Positions 28,068 to 40,800 of a stretch of DNA of 64,000 nucleotides are shown here, piece by piece. A program made the translations under genes and the position numbers. Position 1 is the stretch's first letter; every line of letters starts with the position of its first letter. This DNA comes from Tubulanus polymorphus (lineage: Eukaryota > Animalia > Nemertea), in contig NC_134027.1 of NCBI RefSeq assembly GCF_964204645.1, positions 8,712,485 through 8,776,484 on the forward strand, read 5' to 3'. The notes beneath the pieces were generated by a model, which was given only the letters and a program-made list of their open reading frames with translations, had not been told where the DNA came from and made no database searches.

Positions 28068-29891
28068 TATGATTCCAATTCGTAAAACTTGCCGTCAACA
28101 GTAACGTATTTCTACTAAGAAATCGCCGTAAGCTCAAAACTGCAAAGCCAAGGAATTGTCAGGATATCTGTTATTCAAAGTAAAACGTTCATTTTTTACT
28201 TAATGTGAGTCGCGCGTAGGTCACTTTTTATGGGCTCTCGGCGGCTAGACTTTTGACGTTTGACCGTCAAGCTTTCGGGTTCGGAACTCGAGTGCAAAAC
28301 GCGAAAGTTCTTAAAGTTACGTCGAGACTTGGAAGTTACGTTATAACGCTACATAATCCGATCAGCCGAAATCCCGCGATGCAAGGAACTCAAGAAGTTG
28401 TGAAATGAGATTGTGGATTAAACTTAGCTCAGTAATTAACTATAGCCAATGCGCAAATTCTGCGACCGATTCCGTATCGGATAATATCTACGCACAATTT
28501 TCGGTCAAGTCTGCAGGGAATGCGCAATCGGAGACTTGTGTTGGTCACGGAAGGTCAAACATTCCCGATTGAGCCTAATTCCATTACCAGGCTGTATGAT
28601 ACGACTGTATTTACCGATTTGTCATTACTATTTAATAACTGTGTATCTCGCTAATATATAGCGTAATTTGATGAAATTAATACACGGCCAGGCACACACT
28701 GTGTGGGGAGTGAATCAGTTGCATCAGTTTCCGATGTCACTTTTCATATGCTCACTTCCACATTCAATATTTCTGTTCAATTCATTCCAAATATTGATTA
28801 TCGTTTTTCAAAAAGGTTTTCTAAAAACTTTATTATTTCGGATTCATATACTTGTTTCTCCGCCGATAAGGTTTTGACAAAAAACTCGAAAAAAGAAGAA
28901 AATTGCTACCGTATTTCACGAGAGTTGGATTTTTATCGTTATAGATTTTTTTTTCGAAATTCATCATATGCCCACGGAGCATTCGTGCATAGCTGAACAT
29001 TATAGCTGCAGCCATTGGACGAGACATTCGGTACGGGCTATGTTTATATATAGGCCTTGTTACTCAGGGGTCAATTCAGGAGAACCAAGTTCGCCTCTCT
29101 GAAGGGGATTCCTGTTTGTATTTTGTTTTGCTTTTTACATTTTATTTTTTTGTTATAACCTATTTCATAAACAACGGAATCACCTTTCAGCTGCGCAACG
29201 CTTCACACCACGGACATCAATGCTATTGACACAATTGAGAATTTAACAGTCAACTTTACATCGACGCTGGAAAATACGCGCCTGAGTCAGAAATAGTGAC
29301 CACAAGAAAAAGTGTTAGAAAACCTGCGAGGAATGAATTACACACCTTACGCTAGAAAAGTTTACACGAACTATTTACATCTTTACCTCTCAAATGTACA
29401 TCGTGAATCCTAGAATCCATGTTAATTCTGCGGTGTTGACGAGTACAAGAACAGTTAAAATCTGTCTGTACCTAAATGCATGCATCTTATGGTAAGAAAT
29501 GAATGTGTACTTAATCTGTGTTTCATAACGAATAATTGCGCAAAAAATGTAACAAATATTTCCACATGTTTGATTCATTCTCGCGCTTTGGAGCCAATAC
29601 CACAACTTCAAGTTATCTTACGTATGCATTCATACAAGCTTCATGTTTTGTTTTGTTTTGGGGCAGCGGACACAATCATGAAGTTTTAGAATAATTATGT
29701 TGGCATCAGGTTTGAATCGCTCGGGTACAAATTTCCATCAAGAATAAAAATGATAATTGCATCGGAAATAATAGCTTCGAATCTTAGTATTGGGAAAAAT
29801 AAAATTTGATTTAGTTGTACATAATCAAGAAGATTCTTTTCATTGTTTCCAAAGGATCTTAGATATAATCATTTGTATTTCGTAGACTCAC

Positions 29892-30327
29892 CCCATGGTG
29901 TAAGCATCAGTGACTGGGGTGGCTTAAGCATTCTCGTTCTGTGACGCCTCACAGTCTGCCGCTCGCCGTCAATGGCCCAGTAGGTACGTGGGCGATGCCC
30001 GCGATTGGCATTACGCGCGATAGCTCTGGCCCGAGGGGCCGACTGATACGACCCAGGAGGCTCCCATTCGATTAAGCATCTCTCATGCGCATCCGCCAAC
30101 TGCTCAATTTCTGTCTCAAATTTCATATTATATATATCGGAAACTGTGCCGTATTCTTGGAATGTATTTCGCGTCGATGACGCATGTTGGCTACGATTTT
30201 GGAGCGCGTTACTGTACCGGTATTTCTCGCTCAAGAATACCTGGGCAGTTTTTGCGCGCGTTGGTATGTTACCACGACGCCGTAAATCCGTGTCAGTGAA
30301 TTCGCAGTCCCTATGATGAACATCCAT
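29892..30327 (-). CDS. Candidate alternative first coding exon (145 codons)
   Basis: MDVHHRDCEF...LMLTPW then G|GTGAGT, phase 1; a long, GC-richer open frame. Confidence 0.55.
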
Positions 30328-31660
30328 GTCGGTAATTCCGTCTATCACTCATAAAAAGCGCATATCAACCGCTATATCTCTCCAGCGCAATTTCGGCGTC
30401 AATCCTCGTGCATTCCGACGTGCCTAGCACTTGTGGAATGAAACCATCTGTTGAGATAATGTTTAATGTTGAACAATTAGAAAACGCTCCTAAACGATCA
30501 ATATGTCATGTATATATGACACAAAGGTGGATGTATTTAACGCGTCTCGTAACACGATACGTCAGCAGTGAGTTTGTAGTGAAAGGCCGAAAATGCCTTT
30601 TGTGTACTATAGTCAGTGTTACATCAAATAGATTTTTTCATCAATTGATTTCTTAGTGGGTTTCTTCGATAAGTATAATAATTCCAACGAAACAATATAT
30701 ACCGGGGTATTCATTTAACTTCCAAATTTAAAAACGACGTTCAAGTTTTTCCTCGTCATCTGCAAGGTTTCTGATTTCCAAAGGATGTATGATACCATCG
30801 TCGGTTCGATCTACGAGCAATTATCTCATTATTGAGATAATTGCTCGTAGGTTCGATGTGTTGATTCTAGGGGTCAGCCTCACATACGGAGTCTCAAAGA
30901 CCGTTATCAGTGTGCATGAATAAGTTTAACAACGACTGTCAAACAAGTGTAGTTTTGAAGTTCACCCTCTCCGGGATTTTCAGTGAACTAAAATGTTACC
31001 GATAGCTACCGTCGAGTCGAACGGAATTCATAACGTTGGTATTTATACGTTTTAGATTAACAGATTATCAAAGGCATTTTATGCGTTAAAGACTTATTTT
31101 TATGAATAAAAAAGTATTTGGAAACAGTGTATGATTAGATTAGATTGACTGTTTGCGTGTGTTTTTATCTATTTGTGTTCCACATGTTTTGTAATTTCTT
31201 TTCTACATATCATCTACACTTAGATTATTTACGGAAAGTCATTTGAAAGGCATTGGCCAGATCCGTGGTGGATTGTAAAATGAAACGTACCAGTCAGAAT
31301 TTCTTATCAAAATCAGTTTTTATTACGATAATGAATAGTATTTACATGCATCAATTTGATAAAAGATTTATTTCTAATTGGAAAATGTAATTCTACTTGG
31401 TAAATTCATTGTTATCGGTAGAAATTGACAAAAAAATAATAGGGTAGACAAAAATCGTATACGATTAAAGTTGGTCCATTCATTTCCCGTATAACAAAAT
31501 ATACCTTTACTACAGCATTAAAAAGTTAGAAAAAGTAATGGCTGTAAAAAAAAAGAGTTTATTTTTTTTACCTGAACTGAATCATCTGAAAAAAAATGTC
31601 AGCACTGTTGTTAACCGTAACCAAGAGGATTTTATTAGACAAGAATGTATCTACAATCCC

Positions 31661-31843
31661 TCACAATGGAAACATGACATTTTCAGATGAAGTAGCTCCT
31701 TGAACGTCATATAGAGGGTTATTGAAAGAATGATCGTAATTAATGTCCGACTGTTCATCGGTTTCAGTTCCAGTTTTCTTCATTTTCTCCGCTTCATCGG
31801 CATTCGTGTTCGTAAAAGTTTCGAAAGAATATTCATCCGAATC
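31661..31843 (-). CDS. Terminal cytoplasmic-tail exon with endocytic motifs
   Basis: DSDEYSFETF...HSFNNPLYDV...FPL*; minus-strand AATAAA at ~31631, ~31558 and ~31319. Confidence 0.88.
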   Translation of the reverse strand, partial: DSDEYSFETFTNTNADEAEKMKKTGTETDEQSDINYDHSFNNPLYDVQGATSSENVMFPL

Positions 31844-34800
31844 CTACAAATAAAACACCATACGGTCACGATAATTGCGATAATCACGATCATCACTATT
31901 CGAGATCTACCTAATATACAATATTTTAAAAACGGAATTATTTTGCATTCAGGAAAAAACTGAATCCTTTTTGATAATATACTACACGTGCTCACTTTAG
32001 AAAATGTGGCTATCAGTGAAACGTCATTAGAATTAGCAGTTCTTATCTTGTATATCAAACACAGAATAATTATGATCAAGACCAATAGTGCAACTACAGC
32101 AATCACAATCCAAAGAGCTTCGTATAAAAGGTACGGCGGCTTTTGAGTGTTCAGCTGTTGCTGAAATCATACCAAAAAAAACAAAACAAATCGATAACGA
32201 TATCATCTGATGTATACGTCTATACGCAGATACTTGCAGCTTCACTCACCGGCTGAGCAGCTGTAGTCGTGGTTATCGTGGTTGCGGTAGCGGTGGTAAT
32301 CTCGACAGGTCTTGTAGTAGGTTTAGGAAGCATTTGGGAGGTGAAGTGTATCCAGCCGTTTGTTACAGGGATATTCGGGTCGACGATCTCCAATTCGTTT
32401 ATGAAGTATTTCAGCTAAAATATATGCGGTACACATATTTCTATTGAGTTGAAAACTTGAAAAGGGGTCATATGAAAATTGCTGAGCAGTAGAAACTGAG
32501 TGGTAAGCCTGATTAGGGTAAGCGAACCTGTCCATTAGACGAGAGAGTGGAATTTTTCGCAGTGATGTTGAATTTTTGTTCGGATAACGATGTAATTATT
32601 GTTCCATTCATATCTTCCGACATCTTGAATCTACCAGGAAAGATGAGATCAGCGAGCTGGTCAGATGAAATCAACTGAAAGGAGAACCAGTCAATAAATC
32701 CACAAAATGTGACGTCGACGCATCCATATATGCTACTGATAACCGAACAATTTTAGTAAACTTGAATAAATTAACTGAACTTAATGTAATCAGTTTTTCT
32801 ATATGTTCACATTTCAAATTAATATGTTAATAATCCATGAAATTCTTACAGGGGTTTTCAGCTCGAGAGTCGATGGTACGAAGAACGTCACTACTTCTTT
32901 ACTCAGAGAAGTCATAAGTCTATTGACAGCAGTAGAATGCAGGGCAGACAACATGAGTACCTGGAAAAAAGTACGTTTGCCACCTTAACCGTTCAATATT
33001 GTCAGGAGATGTACTCTACCGAGACACTTTCAAAACCAACCATGCCATATCTACCTTACCTTATGGAATTGTTTTGCCTGCTCCATCGTCAAGAGGGCAT
33101 CCGTAATATTTCCATTACAAAACGTACCATTACCAACCAGACCATGTTTACACTTACACTTCAAATTACCTTTGACTATTGGAACACCTAGAATGACGAT
33201 AACAATTTTGAAACACATACGAATCTTAATGTTAACGTTGAGAAACTAAAGATAATATGAAGTTCTTCAATAACCTTTTTCACTACATTTCTTTAGATAG
33301 TGCGTAGTATAGATATTCACATTCAACTTTCTGATGGCATCGTGAAGGAAACATGATTTTCTGTGTTTCAAATAAGTTGCCGATACGCACTTTTTCTCTC
33401 GTAAACACTCCTGGCCGCACACATCTTGATTAGCGATAGAAACGACTTTATAATCTGGCCCGCGTTGCTGTGTGTCTTCATATTTCTTCATCACACACCC
33501 ACCTATCAAGCGAAGAGGCACTCTTTACATCTCAATACTAATGACTTGTACCAAAAATACATATGTATTTTTGCTAGTACCCGCGATATACAATCTAATG
33601 TGAAGAACTTGTACAACGGTACAGACCTTGAGGATGCTTATAGGTACAAGTTGCTCTTTTGTCACAACCTCCGTTATCGGTGTCGCACGGATCTGGTAAT
33701 TTTCCGCACCTAGACTTTGTGGAATCATCAATAAATGAGAAACCTATTGGACAAGTACACAATGTGAATCCACGATACTGAAAAAACAAACCACAACACA
33801 AATATTGCCACGGTTTTTATGCTTCTACGTGAAACAATGGAACGAACCTAAGATTCCACAAATAAATCTAACCACGGATGTATAAACAAAAAAAGATCAT
33901 ACGTCCACGTTCATGATCAAACTCTTTGGACGTTTCCGGAAAAGTTGGCCATCATCAAACCCCCATAACTTTTTTATGATATAACATAATTTTGGTCACC
34001 GTTTTGGGAAAGGCATATTCATGGAACAGGTAATTTTAGCCAGTCTTGACACTATAAGAAGGGTTTTACACAAGATGGTTTTCTAAGAAATGATATTTTA
34101 CCTGCCAGCTGCACATTGGTGGTGGATAACACTTTCCATTTGACTCACAAACTTGTTCACATGTTCTGCCATCACCACGATAGCCGGGGGGACAAATGCA
34201 ATGCGTCGTACCATTTTTGTACTCCAAACATTTAGCTACTCCGTGACAACCACCGTTGTCCTCATCACATACCGGAGCAGCTGTAATAAAGAATGTCGGC
34301 GTTATACGAGAAAATATCCATATGAAGCCTTCTTATTAATTTACATCGTCTTAGTGTGCACGTACATAGCCGCGTAACTATCATTTTCAAGTAACTCGAT
34401 TCGTATTTTGCACAAACTTTTTAGTATTCACGGGCATTTAAGCTGAGTAATAAGTTGTGTAAATCTGCAGTTATCGAGAGTCTGCTTGTAACATACGTAC
34501 GTTGGTCGCAGTTTGGTCCCATCTTGCCTCTGATGCAGTGTTCGCAGCGTTCTCCATCGAAGTTCCTCGTACATATGCACGTTCCATTTCCGTGAATGCC
34601 GTCATTGCAAGTTCCGTGATTATTGCAGGGTTGGTCAACACCACCGGGACATTCTGCAAATGACGAAGCCTTCAATGATTAGCATGTGATTTCGGCATTT
34701 TGAATAACGATATACATGATAACACAAACTATAACGTGAAAACTTAATAGATAAACATTTACTATCGTATTATCAAGTGAAAGATTTGAAGCGCATAAAC

Positions 34801-37800
34801 ATAAATTGATATAGATACTGTTATAACTGATTAACAATCTTTGACTAACGATTCTAATCCAAAAACAGTCGAACTTGCAGCATGCTGTTTATGCATTTAT
34901 GAAATACATGCTGCTTCTTTGGTTTTTCCTAATAGATATTACTTATCAAACATTGGGACAAATTAGCGCAAGCATCCGAAAAATATTTTTCATTTAGTGT
35001 TTATAGAATATTTTCAAGGAAAGATGCAGAACCCGTGAGCCATCTGTTGGAATATTCCTTTGAAAATACATGCACTTTTCAAGACCATCACTAGAACATT
35101 CTATCTTTCTCTATGTGGCTGTGGATCATGATATATAGTAAAGAAATGGACTAATTTAACGACTAATTAGAGTCAAATTAATTCTCAACCGCGAAACTGA
35201 AGCCAACTAATTGGAATCTCGACGCTGTCACGCTACTCATGCAGAATAAAACTCGCATGCCAGGTCTGTCAAAGCATGGACGTAATAAGAATTTCTAGCT
35301 TACGTCCATGGTCAAAGGAATCTATCGAATGCCAAGTACAGATGCAGAGCCAGATAATGAGTACACCCGTTATAAGTTTTAGCCCACTACATACAGAATT
35401 TAAGAGAATAAAAACGAATTTCGTTCATCAAGAATTAAAATCAAAATACACGACTCGAACTCTCGCCAGAGGTCATCGTCAGGTGAAACGTCGTGTATTT
35501 TGATTTTGATTCTTGATATCTAATATTTGTTTTTATTCTTTTAAATTCTGTATATAGTAGGTTTTAAACTTATTATCTTTGCTCCACGCCAGAGTGTGGC
35601 AATTCTACCATGCGTATGCCCATTTAACGATCGAGGGTCATACCCATGCCTTAAAAGCGATTGTAGTTATCGAATGGAATAGAAATATATTTTCATTACA
35701 GCGTTACATTATTGTCTAATTACCCTATTATATTTGATTCGAACTATCAAGTCAAATTTGAATAAACAAATATATCAAGTCAAATGTTTAAAGAAAGTTG
35801 GAATGAAGATATTGAATAAAACATCACTTTTATCATGCATGTTGCCAAGGAATAAGCTCGATATTACCTCTGCATTCGTAATCAAAAAAGCCTGGGCAAC
35901 ACCTTAACACCTGAAATATCAAATTTTGGTAAACAACATTTCTTCACCGGGACGAATTACTAGAAAACCAATATTTTTTCATGACTGTGCTTTTGTATTC
36001 AATGTATGGTCTCGTGATATATATTCGACTAATTGCTTCGCAAAATCTGACAGATGTCAAAGCATCGACTGCTCGCATGAGCGAGCATTTATTTTCTTTC
36101 GGTAAACACACTACTAACCAAACGATTTCGCTTTCCTATTGTGTCACACCGATTAATCTGCGGGCTGAAGACGCCAGCGATGCCCTGAACAGCTCCGCCG
36201 AAAACGATCATGTCAGCTTGCACGATGCGAATATCATTAACGTAATACTGGGGAAAAATTGATAAAAAAGTGGATGTAGCCTATGTCTTATACTTGAATT
36301 CTACATTAAATCAAAAGAATAGAATTCGATGAATTATCCATTGAAAATAATTTAAATTGATGACATCGATAATGATATATAATTGGAAATTCGACAAAAT
36401 AAATCATTATATTTAACTATATACAACCTATATCTATGTCCAATTATATATACATATATTTCAACCTAGAATATTTCGGGTGAATTAAGTACATCAGGGG
36501 CGGTTGCACATTCAGTTATACGGTCTTAACAGTTCTGAATTTGAAATCCTAGCATCTGATACTTATAATGCGCATATACAATATGCGTATTACCTTCGGT
36601 CCAGTTTTTGAAAATATCAAGGGAAATTCCCGTTGATTGTTACGGCCCAGTAGCGTGTCGGCTTTTTTCAATTTATTCAACATTCTCGTAGTGATCAGGG
36701 TTGGCACCACGTAGTATGAAAGATACAGCGAACTCTAGACGTCGAAAATGAGAAAAGTTCGTGATTAATCAATAGGCCAATGAACTGACACAATTAGCGC
36801 CACATCCCTGAAAATTCTATACGAGAAATTAGTTTCATGCACTAATCGCGTGCTAGGCTGCCAACTTCTAAAAAGTGCTATCAGTAGCAGCTTGAATCTT
36901 TTTCCAGAAACAATTCATTGAAATATGAAAGAAAATGTCCAATTAATCGGAAATCATCTTTTAAGCCTCAGTAACCTATCATTTCGTGTTTCTGTATGCA
37001 TCAAACAAATCAAATCCGTACTTATCGTTTGACACTGAAATCAGGAACAGTTAACAGGCCTGCGCGTGTTATACTCACGATTTTCAAGTTTTTATTTTCG
37101 ATGGCTGAATCAACTGGTGCAAATAATGTAAACGTCTGGTCTAGATTGGCCATCTTTTCGAGCATTCCTGTTTCCTGACAAATCGAAAAAAGTCCACGTT
37201 TTAAGACTGGATTTTTCGCCATCGAGATCTTCATCAAAACCACGCACTACCAAAACTAACTTACATTTAGATAGTCGAGAAATATGGAAAACTGTCCTTT
37301 TGAAGTAAGCATTTCAGCAAGAGTAGGTGCGTTACGATCAGACATTATCGGGTAAGGTTCCAAAACCTAGAAATATTTATTACGACTGTATAGAGATATT
37401 TTCAAAACCTGCACCTACAATAAGCTACAGCGATGTACTTTTATAGTTACTTACTTCATCGATTATATTCACAAAGCCATTTATCGTTGGAATGTTTGCT
37501 TCCAATACTCGAGCTGAATTCACGTAGTAGACCTGAAATGATAATTTTTCCGCTTTTCAAATCTTAGAAAACACTTTTCTTCATTCAACCACTCTTTTCC
37601 ACGGGGACCAGAGGCCTACTTTGAAGAATGATCTGGATTGTACCTATCTATAAACTTAGTTTATAGATAGGTACAATCCAGATTATTCTTCAAAGAAACA
37701 TATGCAAATGCGAACATCGTCAAATCGGATGTTTTTTCATCGGATTCGAATTTGCTGCTGGGTGCACAATTTCATTTTTATTTGATGAATAGCGCTCATT

Positions 37801-40800
37801 GCTCCGGTCCATCGGTTGGCATCCTCTCCGGTAGGGATTCGAACCTGACGGCATCGAGCATCGCACGTTACGAAACCCTGCCACACTACACCGGGTGGGC
37901 AGCTTAGATGATGTCATTATTAGCCAGTCAGAAATCCCGTTCTATTTTAGCCCAGGTTTTTCCGCGATTATACAACTAGCAATATGATTGGCGCCGCAGG
38001 TTATTGCGCGGCAAACCTGCGCATGTACCTGTGCACCCGGTCTAGTGTACTACGGAGTAAAGCGATACCATCAGGTTCGAATTCTTGCCCAGAGAGGATG
38101 ATCGTTCAGTAAACGGGAAATGAATGATCTTTATCATTGACGTCATTTACATAAAAGTTTGAAAATGATAGCGATTATGATATGGACAAACATCCAATTA
38201 ACGACGAAATGATAAGCCATGTTAAAACTATATTCGGGGCACGCCCAAAACTGAATTATATCGTTAGCTGATCCGATGATCATTACTCTAACAATGTTCT
38301 CCAGAGATGACAGATACTGAATTGAAAATGAATATCTACATCAGAAACCAGAATTGAAAATAGATGTTGATATCCGAAACAAGTCGATATTATAAGTTAA
38401 TTTTGAATGATATTTGGCGTTAATGCAGCGTGAAGTGTAAAATGTCCCTTGCTATCGGAAACTTGTTTCCCCTGCAACATTGCCGATAACAAGCTAACAG
38501 TAATTACGATGTCGATTTCTGCCGCTTTGCTTAAATTGAGCCATAAACATCACGAAGCTCATGCTCAATTACAATATTCACAAAGATCTCAGCTTTTGAA
38601 ATTCAATAAGTATCGTTGTAGTTGAAATGCGTGCAATTATAGTGAACCAACTACAATTTCGCCAATAATCCACGCGCACTATACTCCAATCATAGACACG
38701 AAGATCCTGGCTCAATTATTTTCCATTATTCTGCAATCATGAAACGAGGGCCTTTTTTAGAAAATACATTTTTATCAATCGGTTCCACGGTTGTTGGTTG
38801 AATAAGTCCGAATTAGTTCATTTTCAGTCAAATTAGAGTCAAAGACCCTTTGGTACGAGCTTGTTTTTCTGGACGGTGGAAAATGATCATATTAGCAGCG
38901 TTAACAGACAATGGCTGTTAGAACTATTGAAAATGTTGCCGTGCCGACTAACAAATAAATCTTCTAATTCTTCCGCTTCAAATATCGAATCAACTAATTG
39001 TAGATGTTCAGATAGATACTTTTACCAATAGACATTATATGTCTGTGCGTCACAAAGGGAAAATAACATTGTATTTTCCATTTTTGATCGATATCAGACA
39101 TTTACAATGAAAGCTTTTAGAGGAATTGGATTCGCCATTTTGGCAATAAAATATATGCAATGGTTTGCTGCTAAGGGTGTGCTAGAATATCGTCATTTCT
39201 ATGAAATCGAATGAAAAAATTTAAAAAACAAATATTTCACCAGGGCTATGAACGTTTTATAGATGAAATAAAAATGAAATTTCACTTCGCTACTATGCAA
39301 TAATGCCCAATGGCAAGACCCAGCAGATGGAATAAAATCTACAAAATCAAATTTAGATTGAGGCAGCGTCAATGAAGCGAGGGTCCTAAAATTGAACCTG
39401 AGGGTGATTTTTATTAGTGGTGGAGCTATGAATGATCCCAAATGTCACGATCTCAGATATCAAATTCACAAATCAGCACACACCTCGAATCTCGTGTGTG
39501 CACTGAAGTTTTGCAATCGGGGAAATTCGCAATACGCACAACCTTAACCTAGGGCTCAAAGTGTACTTGTATGCCTTATGTAGGATAACTGTTATGCTGG
39601 TATCTTTTTTCTTAGGCAGGTGCATGACAGTAGTTTCCAACTGTCCAAATAATGACGATGTTATAACAGCCTCTCTGGTAATTCGCGATATACTAATGGC
39701 ACGGCCAACTCTGAAAACATCGAGCTGCGTAGCGTACCTATTCATTTTCCCAGGAAATGGCGGCAAGTAGAAGTTCGTTGTCAAGCCACGCAATTGTTAT
39801 AATTTGTAGGGAAAATGGTTGTGGTTACGACAGCGAGGATTCATCGACCATTAACCTATAATTTTGTCACTTTCTAACTTTTTTTCATGGACCTGCTGCG
39901 AATTTGTCCGTAAACCTAGAATGAGGGACTTAGAAATCATTTTCTTGTTATTTCTCATCTCTCCGTCCTGACTTACACAGGATACGTACCGGAATGAATA
40001 CTGCGTTGCACGAAGCAGTAGTATAATTTGTTCAAGATCCGGGAGAGCCGGTGTAACGTGAGGTAGAAAAACGCCACGCAAAGGCCACGTTTCTTGAAAA
40101 CGGCCATTTTTAGGGTTTTCTGACTTTCGTCGAAAACCCTCTTGAAATTCTGTTGATTATTATTATTATTATATATTTTCCGCCGATTTCGTCAAATAAA
40201 ATTCATCTTCATTCAGATTCGGCAACTGACAGCTTCGAAACGAAATGTATAAATTGATACTGTAATAACGGTCTCTCTGAACCAACAGATTGTCTGAATG
40301 TACTTTCCATCCTATTTGAAACTTAAAATTACTTATTAGGCTACTGTAAATAAAGAATTGAATTGAATTGTTAGACAACAAGCACCGGCTAAATAACAGT
40401 TTGTGACGTCATTTAGTAAGTAAATAAAGGAGGGCTCCGAGAATTTCCAAATCACGGGGACTATACTGGGGTTAGACCATTCAACCAAAAAGAGGATTGC
40501 TCCGATAATATCCAAATCATCTCATTTTATTTTTTCCATCGAATACCCGGTAATTAATTTTTCCTTTCGATCACATGCATCCAGAAAACCCGTTATCGCT
40601 GCTTTGCAGCTATATTTCTTTCTATTTTTCGTTCCTTGATGTTTATCATCAATTAGATTTTTCAGGATTTATGCAAGTTTGATACTTCATTCGTACATCA
40701 ACCGGTGAGGAGGATGAAATTGATACGCGTCACTGATGGGTTGCAGAACTGGTAAGCGTTGCTATACCTGGCCTTTGATGTTTGACCTTTTCGCCATATC

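Noticed and set aside
37820-37902. tRNA gene
   Set aside because: A B box is present but there is no convincing cloverleaf; the degenerate second copy points to a SINE.
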